Sequence record: NZ_CP044066.1
Direction: 5' to 3' (one strand)
Origin: a plasmid
Length of the DNA: 64,000 nucleotides
Shown here: piece after piece, positions 53,592-62,702 of the stretch
How positions within the stretch are numbered: the stretch's first letter is position 1
Layout of the letters: each line of letters begins with the position of its first letter
Translations under genes and position numbers: made by a program
Notes under the pieces: model-generated
Databases searched by the model: none
Seen by the model: only the letters and a program-made list of their open reading frames with translations
Told to the model about the DNA's origin: nothing

Positions 53592-53750
53592 AACAACCTC
53601 AGCAGGTAGATCTGGGGGTCCACTCAAACACCAAAGGGGTGTTGTAAATCTTGGTCAAGGCAGTCGCCGCAAAATACTTCGCCGAGTCTTCGCCGCGCGG
53701 CGCGTTCCTCCGTCAGCAGCCGGCATGCCATGCCTAGGTGTCCAGAGCCA

Positions 53751-54317
53751 TTATTGAATGTCGATCTTGCGAATAGAAGACGACGGGCGGTCTATCTTCG
53801 GAAAGCGCATCGTCAATACGCCGTTCGCAAATCGCGCGTCGACATGGTCAAAATCCAGTCCGTCGGGCAAAGGTACGCTCCGCATGAAAGCACCGTATGC
53901 GCGTTCCAGACGGTAGCATCCGTTTTCCTCAGTCTCGGCATCCTGTCTTTTCTCGCCCCGGAGAACCAGAGCGCCATCCTCAATGGTGGTCTGCACCTCG
54001 TTGCGCTCCATTCCGGGCAGTTCGGCCGTGACCCTCAGCACGTTTCCATCATCCACGACGTCGATGCGCGGCTGGAAACGCGCGGAACTATAGTCGCCAA
54101 ACCAACGATCCAAGCCCGGAAAGCTGGCGAAGGGCTCCTGCAACAATCCTCCCATCGCCCGCCAGGGCTCAATGGAAAACAACCGAGACACGTCCGGGAA
54201 GTCTGTCAGACGATGGCGAGGCGCCGGCGTCTCGGCGGCTTGACTGCCGCGCTCCTCGGTACCGGAGGATTTGCGCAGAAACTTGAAAGGATTCCACTTC
54301 CCAACTTCGGTTTTCAT
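53751..54317 (-). CDS. Hsp20/alpha-crystallin family small heat-shock protein
   Basis: ACD core (PRIDVVDDGNVLRVTAELPGMERNEVQ..IEDGALVLRGEK, ANGVLTMRFPK). Confidence 0.8.
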   Translation of the reverse strand: MKTEVGKWNPFKFLRKSSGTEERGSQAAETPAPRHRLTDFPDVSRLFSIEPWRAMGGLLQEPFASFPGLDRWFGDYSSARFQPRIDVVDDGNVLRVTAELPGMERNEVQTTIEDGALVLRGEKRQDAETEENGCYRLERAYGAFMRSVPLPDGLDFDHVDARFANGVLTMRFPKIDRPSSSIRKIDIQ

Positions 54318-54412
54318 CTCGCACTCCTATATTCATGACTGAAACACGAGACAGGCTCGGCCTGCTGGGGACAAGATCGAATACGACGACTCGCCCCCTC
54401 GCACACCGAGCG

Positions 54413-54817
54413 CTAAGACAGATTAACTGCAATTCGCCGCGGCCTCGCTTCCTCGCGCCGAGCGATAGTCAGCTTCAGGACGCCGTCCTTCAGTTGCGCG
54501 TCGATGTGCCCAGCATCCAGATCAGGGCTCAACGAGAATGACCTCGCAAAGTGCGGCTGACGAATTTCCGCATGTTGCACGCGGAGCCCCGATGGCGTGG
54601 CCACGACCGCTTGTCCTTCGATGTGCAATGCGCCGTCATTGAAACTGACCTGGAGGTTTTCCCGGCTCACGCCCGGGAGGTCAGCCCACAGCGTGACGCC
54701 ATTAGCGTCTTCCACGATGTCCACGGCCGGTACAACAGTGACTCGCGGCGCGCCCTTGTCTTCGGCGCGTTGAGCAATCGCACTGCCATTACGTTGCGCA
54801 AGTTGGGTGTCGTTCAT
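54413..54817 (-). CDS. Hsp20/alpha-crystallin family small heat-shock protein
   Basis: PAVDIVEDANGVTLWADLPGVSRENLQVSFNDGALHIEG...KDGVLKLTIAR. Confidence 0.8.
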   Translation of the reverse strand: MNDTQLAQRNGSAIAQRAEDKGAPRVTVVPAVDIVEDANGVTLWADLPGVSRENLQVSFNDGALHIEGQAVVATPSGLRVQHAEIRQPHFARSFSLSPDLDAGHIDAQLKDGVLKLTIARREEARPRRIAVNLS

Positions 54818-54833
54818 GACAGCCTCCGTGACG

Positions 54834-55274
54834 TTACTGTACAGAGATCGCGCGTGGCTTCGATGCCTCTCTTTTGCCCACGCTCACCGAGAGACAACCG
54901 TTGGCATACCGGGCCTGAACTTTGTCGGGATCGGCGCTGTCGGGCAGTTCCACCACCCTTCTGAACCCGCCGACAAAGCGTTCCTGGGCGTAATGTCGAA
55001 ACTCCGGCATGGAGTCTTGCCAGAGTGGTCGTCGTTCACCGCTGATCGTCAACAGCCCGCGGTCGATGGTGACTTCGATGTCTTCCTGCTTGAGCCCAGG
55101 CGCAAAGGCCACGATCTCGATAGAGTCGTCCGTTGTCCCAATGTTGATCGCAGGAAATGCGCCGGCTCGCCCGGCGCGGATGCTGGACGGAAACCCGCCG
55201 AACAGGCTCGTCATCTGCCTTTGCAAACGATCGAAGTCACTGAAAAGGTCGGCTCCGTAGAGTGCGTCAGTCAT
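54834..55274 (-). CDS. Hsp20/alpha-crystallin family small heat-shock protein
   Basis: PAINIGTTDDSIEIVAFAPGLKQEDIEVTIDRGLLTISGER...ANGCLSVSVGK. SD AGGAGG. Confidence 0.8.
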   Translation of the reverse strand: MTDALYGADLFSDFDRLQRQMTSLFGGFPSSIRAGRAGAFPAINIGTTDDSIEIVAFAPGLKQEDIEVTIDRGLLTISGERRPLWQDSMPEFRHYAQERFVGGFRRVVELPDSADPDKVQARYANGCLSVSVGKREASKPRAISVQ

Positions 55275-55440
55275 GGTCGTATCCTCCTGTAACGCGCAGC
55301 GAGGAGTGAAGGGCATCACGCGCTCCCATTCACCTGCCTCACCGCTGGCAAACAAACAGAAACACGCAGCGCGACATCGCGACTGCCTGAGCGGAAATAA
55401 AAATAGCAACAGTAAGCGACGATTTCAAGAGTCTAATAAA

Positions 55441-56532
55441 TCACTCATTCAGTATCATCGCGGGGGCGATGTGGATCGTCAATGTCGGAATCTTCCCCGT
55501 CTTGAAGGACCACGAGAAACTCACCGGCTGGCCGGCGCGTCGCCCTGAAAAGGTGGCGGTGTAAGTTTCACGGGCAGCGAGCTGCGCCAGTGGCAACAGA
55601 AATGCAGCATTATTCCGAACATAAGCATCAGCCAATCCTTCAGAACCATCCCCCTTTGCCGCGGGCAACACCAGGATCCTTGCCGGTACGGCGACACCGT
55701 CTGAATTGACGATCTTGAACGTCCCAACCGACAGGACCTCTCCAAACGCCCCATTTGCATAAACCATCAGCGGGCGGCCCGGCGTCTTCAGGTCCGGAGC
55801 AGGATCAGGTGTCTCACTGTCAGCGTTAAAGGCGGGATCTACGTCCGTTTCGCCGTTATGCGGTACTGTCACGAGCAACCCGACATCAAATTGCTGGCCG
55901 CCAACATAGGGCACGCCATTTGGAGCGGGGTCTGCCTGCGCAGCGGTCGACGTTCCGAAATCCAGCACGCAGAGGTTCAGCCCAAGAGCCCCCCTATGGC
56001 TGTAGCCGACGCCTACGGACTCCTGATTACCAACCAGCGACTGCAAGTGGTACACCGTGTGATACAGCTGCCGGAAGCACTTCTCCCCGATGTCGCTATC
56101 ATTCCCACCCTTGGCCGCCGCGACAACCTCTCCCACCCACTGCGCCGCTGGTGCGCCAGCCTTGCGTGCCCTAGACAGCGGGCTGACCTCATAGAAGTCG
56201 GGATTCTCGACGGCCTCATCGTGCTGAGCCAGACTATTGCTGCTCAGGTAGACCGCATGGGCCTGCGCCGCGGCATCGAGGGTCGCGTCCTGCATCAGCA
56301 AGCCCACACCCAGCTGTTCACGTAGCGCGTTTATCGCCTTATACAGAGCAAGGTGTCCTGAGTCTTTTGCATAAGTCGGATCGGAAATGCTCTTGCGAAG
56401 AGTAAAGTCTCCGGGTGCCGGTGAGCTCGCGGAACTTACCGGAGCATCGCCCACCGGCGCTGAAGCGCTGGCAGAGCCGACCCATAGTGCGCTCGCCACA
56501 AGCCCCGGCAGATAGAAGGCCTTGTCGTTCAT
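55441..56532 (-). CDS. Secreted protein, possibly CAP/SCP-like
   Basis: Signal peptide MNDKAFYLPGLVASALWVGSASASA. There is weak resemblance to CAP-domain proteins, and the domain call is tentative. Confidence 0.45.
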   Translation of the reverse strand: MNDKAFYLPGLVASALWVGSASASAPVGDAPVSSASSPAPGDFTLRKSISDPTYAKDSGHLALYKAINALREQLGVGLLMQDATLDAAAQAHAVYLSSNSLAQHDEAVENPDFYEVSPLSRARKAGAPAAQWVGEVVAAAKGGNDSDIGEKCFRQLYHTVYHLQSLVGNQESVGVGYSHRGALGLNLCVLDFGTSTAAQADPAPNGVPYVGGQQFDVGLLVTVPHNGETDVDPAFNADSETPDPAPDLKTPGRPLMVYANGAFGEVLSVGTFKIVNSDGVAVPARILVLPAAKGDGSEGLADAYVRNNAAFLLPLAQLAARETYTATFSGRRAGQPVSFSWSFKTGKIPTLTIHIAPAMILNE

Positions 56533-57054
56533 CGTGCCGCGTGTTCGTTGTCCAATAGCCGGAAGTGCTATCTCGGCATTACGGACACGCAGTGGGGTTT
56601 TTTGAGGTCGCGGCTTCCTAGTCAGTCGCAATTCCCGTGGAGCCGAGCGAATGCCGAGCTTCCGTAGATCCGATTTCGCTCAAACTCGCTAATGAGCTAT
56701 CCAGTAGCCACCCGCTCCCCGAATCCGCACCGGCGGTGTGAAAGCGTCGGGGCGACGTCCAGATCAGGCCCGAGCTTTCACGCCCGCGCTGCGGATACGT
56801 CTTGCCGCAGCGCGGGCTGTGTCACCGACTGAAGACCAGTCGTGGTGCCACCACGTAATTATCGCTGCCGCCTCACTAAGAGTACGCGCGGCGAGGACGC
56901 CGGATAACTCCGCGCCAACCTCCGACCACCATGCATCGCCCTCACCGTCACTCGCGCTCGGGTCGATTGCTTGACGATAAATAGCTTTAACGATGTGGGG
57001 ATGGAGGAGAGCCGTCATTCGCGGATAGTTGGGTAGTAGTTTGGGTCCACGGCA

Positions 57055-57360
57055 TCAGGCGTTAATGAGGAATCGACTGCGTTTCTTGCAGGCGATCCAG
57101 CCAGGCTCACGCCCGCGGCCTGACCAAGTCTTTCCTGTCTTAGGGTCCTAATACAGCGCTACAGGCACAGCCATGTGAGTGCTCTTGCTACCCGGCTTCC
57201 TGCCTCGCCGCCTCATAATGATGTCATCAGGCAAGAGGCTATGTTGGGCCATCAGCTCTTGGATGCGCGCAATCACCGCACCGACCTCCTGCTCACGCAT
57301 CGCTGCGATTCGTTGTTCAAGCTCGGCGCGTTGCGCGAGAAGTTCCTTGCATGTGGACAT
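57055..57360 (-). pseudogene. H-NS-family (Burkholderia Bv3F-type) nucleoid protein gene interrupted by an in-frame TAG at codon 71
   Basis: N-terminal MSTCKELLAQRAELEQRIAAMREQEVGAVIARIQELMAQH... reads through ...AVPVALY then TAG (57148-57150). The same frame continues DPKTGKTWSGRGREPGWIACKKRSRFLINA* (57058-57147), which is the H-NS C-terminal DNA-binding motif (RDPxTGxTWSGRGxxPxWI). Confidence 0.65.
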
Positions 57361-58165
57361 ATGCTCCCCTGTCTGTGTTCAGTGGTAGCGCGATGGAAAC
57401 TGTCGGCAAGACTAATCCGAGCCCGAGCTTGAATCCGGCGCCTTCCACAACTTGCAGGCTCGGCAACCTCACTCTATGCAGGAGGACCCCAGTTGAAGCA
57501 ATTTCGATCGTCGAGATCTCCTTTAATTACAGCACAGTGATCGACGAACGGAAAATGAGCGGGCGTGGAGTTCGTTACCGCTCCACTCCGCTCCGCTCCG
57601 GAGCAACTTGCTCCTTGAACTGGCTAGAATAGCAATCAAGCGGAACTGCGCACCACAAGATTCAGCTGGTCTAGGACAGGCGCCCAGTCGGCGTCATCAG
57701 TGAACTAGTCGCGTAGCAAGGCTGCCTGAGAATACGTCCAAAAGGAGGCCTCGCACAGGTTGATGCTGCGTGGCAAAGGAGAATGGACGGCAAGGAACTT
57801 CGCGATCGAGACTTCGTGGCGGGTAGCCCGAGTTGAGCAAAGAGGTCGCCGAAGGTCGGAAACTGCTGCGTCATGATGCGTTTCTCAATGAGAGTACGCG
57901 CCTCTGATTCCTGTCGTCCTGCTTGCCGATAACAACATTGTACCTGCCGACGGCGCGCGATCAAGGCACAAACCTTGAAAGTGCCAGCCAAGACGCCGAG
58001 GGAGGACGAAGTGTGTGGGTCGTGAATCCTGTCGCGAAGGCGACGGCGGCCGTTTTTTAGGGTGCGGCCGAGTTTTTGGTTGCGTATCTTAGCGGTGTGC
58101 GCCCGTCACCTGCGTGATCGTTCATGGTGGCGCAGCTTTGATGCCGCGCCACCGCTCGTGTGACA

Positions 58166-58864
58166 TCAGTATTCGGTCACCGGCGCGTGGACCGGTGCGA
58201 TCGATGCGTGCGGGGTCTGCGTGCGCTGGGCGGCCTTGTGGACCATCGTGTAGGCGTAGTCGATGCCCATGCCGTAGGCGCCCGAGTGTTCCTTGGCCAG
58301 GCCCGTCACGGCATCGTACGTTTCCTTGTTCTTCCAGTCGCGCTGCCACTCGAGCAGCACCTGCTGCCACGTCACGGGCACCACGCCGGCCTGGATCATG
58401 CGCTGCATCGCGTAGTCGTGCGCTTCCTTGGTCGTGCCGCCCGAGGCGTCGGCCACCATGTAGATCTCGTAGTCGCCTTCGAGCATCGCGCTCAGCGCGA
58501 AGGTCGTGTTGCAGACTTCGGTCCACAGGCCGGCCACGACGATCTTCCTGCGGCCATTGGCGGCCAGCGCGTCACGCACCTTCTGGTCGTCCCACGAGTT
58601 CATCGAGGTGCGCTCCAGCGTTTCCTTGCCGGGGAACACGTCGAGCAGCTCGGGGTAGGTGTAGCCGGAGAACGAATCGGACTCGACCGTGGTGATGGTG
58701 GTCGGCACGTCGAAGATCTTTGCTGCCTTGGCCAGGCCCACGACATTGTTCTTCATGGTCTGGCGGTCCATCGACTGCACGCCGAAGGCCATCTGGGGCT
58801 GGTGGTCGATGAAGATCAGCTGGCTGTTGCGCGGGGTCAGGACTTGCAGCTTGGCGTTCGACAT
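58166..58864 (-). CDS. Isochorismatase-family cysteine hydrolase (YcaC-like)
   Basis: LIFIDHQPQMAF...catalytic Cys in VVAGLWTEVCNTTF. The long plus-strand ORFs overlapping it are GC artefacts. Confidence 0.85.
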   Translation of the reverse strand: MSNAKLQVLTPRNSQLIFIDHQPQMAFGVQSMDRQTMKNNVVGLAKAAKIFDVPTTITTVESDSFSGYTYPELLDVFPGKETLERTSMNSWDDQKVRDALAANGRRKIVVAGLWTEVCNTTFALSAMLEGDYEIYMVADASGGTTKEAHDYAMQRMIQAGVVPVTWQQVLLEWQRDWKNKETYDAVTGLAKEHSGAYGMGIDYAYTMVHKAAQRTQTPHASIAPVHAPVTEY

Positions 58865-59772
58865 GGTTCCTCTCCGGAAAAAGGTAATTCAATAAGTTTG
58901 AGGTTGTTGTTGGCAGTGCTGGCTGTTGCTGCGCTGTCCATGGGTTGAACTATAGCGGTCGCCCTCCCGGAGAAAGTCGGCTATCGCTGTCATAGTTATT
59001 CAAAAAAATTGAATATTTGTAATGCGAACGACTCAGCGGAAAAGCCGCCCCCGCGTCGGTCGGAGAAGGCGTCAACAACAGTCGTTGGCGCTTATTAATC
59101 CCTTGGCCTCGCCCCCGAAAGCAGTTCACGCTTGGGCCGGCCAGCAATCGGACAGCTAACCGTATTGCCGCCACTATCGAGGCCGCAGATATCCAAGTGT
59201 GATTCCGCTTTTCATCCTATGCATGCCGCCTCAAACTTTCGAGGTCCTGACGAGACGACTGATGGCACATTCGGATAGCTGCCAAGGTCACCATACTCTC
59301 GCGTGGGGATCTACGCCCTTAGCTATCATCGCTGCGCCAATTACTTCCTGCGCCCGATTTTCCAGAGCAACATCGACTAGGCTCGGTCAAACGCCGTCCC
59401 GTATAGCCTGTCGCACCGTGACAAACAATTCCGATAAAGCATCGCCCCGCGGTAGCTTCCCTTGCCCGCCTTCATGCCGCGACCAGGCTGCAGGGCTTCG
59501 TCTGCCACACGGCCGTATGGCACAGCGTCAGCGCGACGGTTATCCTCGAATGTGCCAACGGCCATCAATTCGAGCGCCGCGCGTATGGCGTCCTATACAA
59601 GGAGTCCAACTGCCCCGAATGCAGCCGCGCCAGCATTGCGGCGAAGTTCGCCGCCGTCGTAGCCGCTCGAGGCGGCAAGTGTCTGAACCAAGGGGGCTTT
59701 CTCGGCGGAGCGGCTATCCACAGAATCCGCTGCGAGCGCGGCCATGAATGGGCTCCGGAGGGCCGCAGCGTA

Positions 59773-60474
59773 TTGGCTGGCTATTGGTGTCCCCGCTGCG
59801 CGGGCAAGCCGATCAAGCCGGCCTCGCAAGCTCGCGCTTCGAAGTACGGTCTCGCCGATCTACAGGCGGCAGCCGCTACTCGCGGGGGTAAATGTCTCGC
59901 GACAACTTGGAAGACGGGGCGCGATCACTACTCATTCGAATGCGCAGCTGGCCACCGCTGGAACGCGATGGGCTATAAGGTACTCAGGCAGGGGAACTGG
60001 TGCCGAGCGTGCACCGACGCGAAACTTGGAGCGCAAAGGAGCAATCCCGACGGCTTGGCGCGCGTACGCGAGATCGCCCAAGCGCGCGGTGGCCAGTGTC
60101 TGAGCCGCTCCTACCACGGAACCAGTGCTTCTTACAGGTTCCGGTGTTGGGCCGGTCACGAGTTGGATGCGCTCGGCAATAACATCCTGCAGGGCGGCTG
60201 GTGCCGGCTGTGTCGCAACGAAGGACAGAAGCTGGGCATCGAGGCCATGCGCGCACTCGCGCGGGAGCGTGGGGGCATTTGCCACTCTGAGGTCTATCTC
60301 CACGGAAAATCCAAACTCAAGTGGGAATGCCATCGCGGCCACCTCTGGAACGCAACGCCCTCCGGCGTCAAGAGGGGTCACTGGTGCCCGTCCTGCGCGA
60401 TCCTCAATACTATCGACGCAAAGAATGAGCACAAGCGGAAGCGCTATGAGGCTGTGGGAAAAACACCAAAATAG
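59773..60474 (+). CDS. Tandem zinc-ribbon (Cys4/His) repeat protein; the open frame and repeat homology extend upstream to about 59422 with no in-frame ATG/GTG/TTG
   Basis: At least 4 repeats of about 60 aa with the pattern A..RGG.C(L).........(F/Y).F.C..GH.W.A.......G.WC..C. The track ORF starts at TTG 59773, but a further full repeat (AAVVAARGGKCLNQGGFLGGAAIHRIRCERGHEWAPEGRSVLAGYWCPRCAG) and a partial one are encoded in-frame upstream. Confidence 0.5.
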   Translation: MAGYWCPRCAGKPIKPASQARASKYGLADLQAAAATRGGKCLATTWKTGRDHYSFECAAGHRWNAMGYKVLRQGNWCRACTDAKLGAQRSNPDGLARVREIAQARGGQCLSRSYHGTSASYRFRCWAGHELDALGNNILQGGWCRLCRNEGQKLGIEAMRALARERGGICHSEVYLHGKSKLKWECHRGHLWNATPSGVKRGHWCPSCAILNTIDAKNEHKRKRYEAVGKTPK

Positions 60475-60560
60475 CGCTTCTTCACCGTTGCAAAGTGCAG
60501 GTCCTCTTCGCTAAGCTTTGCGATCCGGCCGCGTGCCGGCATTCTCAACACAGGAGCTCC

Positions 60561-60983
60561 ATGGCAACGAAGAAGACAGCCGCCCCGAAGACTGCGGCAA
60601 AGAAACCGGCAGCCCCGGCGAAGAAGGTTGCGCCCGCAGCCAAGAAAGCTGCAACCGCCCTTGTCGCCAAGCCGCTGAAGGAAACGTTCAACAAGTCGAG
60701 CCTGCTGGCACATCTGGTCGCACAAACCGAGCTGGACAAGAAGACGGTACAAACCGTGCTCGTCCACCTCGAGAACACGATCGCCAGTGCCATCCACAAG
60801 AAGGGAGCGGGCGAATTCACGTTCCCGGGCCTGTTCAAGGTGGCGGCCATCCAGGTGCCCGCGACTAAGAAGCGCTTCGGGAAAAATCCCTTCACTGGCC
60901 AGGACCAATGGTTCGCCGCGAAGCCGGCTTCCGTGAAGGTGAAAGTGCGCCCGCTGAAGAAGCTCAAGGATGCGGCCCTGTAA
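60561..60983 (+). CDS. HU/IHF-fold DNA-binding protein with an N-terminal Lys/Ala/Pro-rich histone-H1-like tail
   Basis: SD AGGAG. Tail MATKKTAAPKTAAKKPAAPAKKVAPAAKKAA followed by an HU-like core (KSSLLAHLVAQTELDKKTVQTVLVHLENTIASAI...GKNPFTGQDQWFAAKPASVKVKVRPLKKLKDA). Confidence 0.8.
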   Translation: MATKKTAAPKTAAKKPAAPAKKVAPAAKKAATALVAKPLKETFNKSSLLAHLVAQTELDKKTVQTVLVHLENTIASAIHKKGAGEFTFPGLFKVAAIQVPATKKRFGKNPFTGQDQWFAAKPASVKVKVRPLKKLKDAAL

Positions 60984-61007
60984 AACGGTACGCTGCCCGT
61001 AAGCAGA

Positions 61008-61031
61008 GGCCTGGCAATGCCAGGCCTTTTC
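61008..61031 (+). terminator. Intrinsic terminator after the HU-like gene
   Basis: GGCCTGGCA/TGCCAGGCC hairpin followed by TTTT, 25 nt after the stop. Confidence 0.7.
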
Positions 61032-61231
61032 GTTTGTACGCCGTCCACGAAAAAAAAAGCCCCTGACGTCCGATTAGACGTAGGGGTTGTTTGAAGGGAT
61101 GAGCGGCGCGCAAACTGCGCTCGCTCACTAACGGGCCCAACTGCCGCTTGACCCGTTAAATTGGCAAATGGAAATGCCCACCGTCCTTCTGGATATGCGG
61201 GCATTGGGATGCAGAGATGGTCCGCCCGACT

Positions 61232-61516
61232 TCAAGCCTCCTTGCGCGGCAGTGGCAACAGGCCATACTTGGCCAGCGCTTTCAGGTTGGTTTCGATGTA
61301 CGTTTCCATGCCATCGATCTTCACCGCAAGGTAGTGATCGAAACAGGCCGCGTCTTGCGAAACCTCCACGTTCTTGGCAGCTTGAAATGCGTCCAGCAGC
61401 TTCTCGCGGTCCATATCAGCGCCCATCCAGCCAACGACGCGGATGAACGTGTGAACCCTCCGCCGACGCGGCAGCAGCTTTTCGGCCTCTTCGGCCGTGA
61501 CAAATACTTTAGACAT
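61232..61516 (-). CDS. Conserved 94-aa protein of unknown function, paralogue B
   Basis: MSKVFVTAEEAEKLLPRRRRVHTFIRVVGW...DAACFDHYLAVKIDGM, about 70% identical to the ORF at 19405..19689. Confidence 0.55.
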   Translation of the reverse strand: MSKVFVTAEEAEKLLPRRRRVHTFIRVVGWMGADMDREKLLDAFQAAKNVEVSQDAACFDHYLAVKIDGMETYIETNLKALAKYGLLPLPRKEA

Positions 61517-61558
61517 GGTTAGAGCCTTAGAGCAGGGCTAGGCCTGCATGGTTAACGG

Positions 61559-61885
61559 TCAATCCGGCCGAACATCCTGCCCTTCAGAAGGGGGATAAAA
61601 GCCAACGGGCATTTCGGTTTCTGCGTCGATGCCGTACTGGCAAACAGAACCCGTGCCGCAATAGCCACCGCCGCAGATCTGCTGGCAGTAGCTCTCAATG
61701 CCATGGGCCCGGAGTTGGGCAAAGGCTTCCTCACGATTCCGGTCGCTGGGATTTCGTTCCCAAGAATCTTTGGCAACATCGCCGAGCCGACTCCAGCTTG
61801 GTCTTCGCGGTCCATCCTGGTAGTTTGGCCGCGCTGCCAGATCGCGCTCATATGCAAGCTGCCCAGGTGACTTCCACAGATTCAT
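61559..61885 (-). CDS. Hypothetical small Cys-rich protein (about 108 aa)
   Basis: Strong SD AAGGAAG before ATG(MNLWKS). Contains C-x3-C-x4-C-x5-C (YCQQICGGGYCGTGSVCQYG). The longer 195-aa track ORF upstream of this start is R/S-rich junk. Confidence 0.4.
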   Translation of the reverse strand: MNLWKSPGQLAYERDLAARPNYQDGPRRPSWSRLGDVAKDSWERNPSDRNREEAFAQLRAHGIESYCQQICGGGYCGTGSVCQYGIDAETEMPVGFYPPSEGQDVRPD

Positions 61886-61991
61886 AACATGCTTCCTTGC
61901 TTGAAGTTTCAGACCTACGCCAGGAGCGGGGTTATCCCGTCTGAATTGGATTGAATGACGCCGTTGCCGGCGGTTCCGGGACAAGCCGCGG

Positions 61992-62543
61992 CTAGCCGAG
62001 ACTTCCCGTCGACTCACGCGCGTGCGCAGGGTGCGGGTCGAGCGCCCGGAGCTCGCAGACAACGTAGCGACGCAGAATCTCTTCAATGGTCCGCTGTTCC
62101 TGGTCCACGAAGAACGCCGCGGCCGTATCGCCGCTGCGGATATCAAGCTGGCTCTGAACGGAGCGGCACGCCGAATTCAGAGCGTCGTCGACAAGCTTGG
62201 TAATCAGGTCGGCGTTGCGCTCATCGAAACTCGGGAGCCAATCGTCGAGCGCATCCATCACGCTCTTCACGGCTACAGCGAAAGCCTCGACGCCGCCCGC
62301 GTCTGACTTTGGGAACAACGCCGAGATTTCTTCGACCTCGCCGAGCACCGCTGTGATCTCACCGATCGTGACGTGATCGCGGACCGCGAGCAGGCTTGCG
62401 GCAGTCGGCGGGATGCGCCCTTCTGCGATGGCTCGCTGGATGTAGGCCGTGCCGCGCTCGACCGCGCGCGACACAAAGGCCTCCTGCACGGCGTTGAGCG
62501 TGGTTCGTGATTCGAGCGCATTGGGGTAGTTGATAAATTTCAT
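61992..62543 (-). CDS. Hypothetical protein (183 aa) immediately downstream of the SMC-like ATPase
   Basis: GGAG 7 nt upstream of the start. Acidic and helical. No family recognised. Confidence 0.45.
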   Translation of the reverse strand: MKFINYPNALESRTTLNAVQEAFVSRAVERGTAYIQRAIAEGRIPPTAASLLAVRDHVTIGEITAVLGEVEEISALFPKSDAGGVEAFAVAVKSVMDALDDWLPSFDERNADLITKLVDDALNSACRSVQSQLDIRSGDTAAAFFVDQEQRTIEEILRRYVVCELRALDPHPAHARESTGSLG

Positions 62544-62702
62544 GAAGTGCTCCAGGAAGATGAGGATTGCCCACCGTGTTCAGTGGCTAGGGATGCCGCC
62601 AGCGGCCTTACCCGATGCGGGATAGACGCCAACGTGCATGCAGAGAAAAGAAAGCCCGCTCCCTTTCGGTGAGCGGGCAGAGTGAAGAGAGCCGCGGGCG
62701 AA

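Noticed and set aside
56764-57018. 84-aa minus-strand ORF just downstream of the H-NS gene
   Set aside because: No SD and unconvincing composition. It could be real but is unsupported.
58114-58948. Two long plus-strand ORFs (193 and 262 aa) overlapping the isochorismatase gene
   Set aside because: Arg/Pro/Ala-rich low-complexity translations of the antisense strand of a clearly recognisable minus-strand gene.
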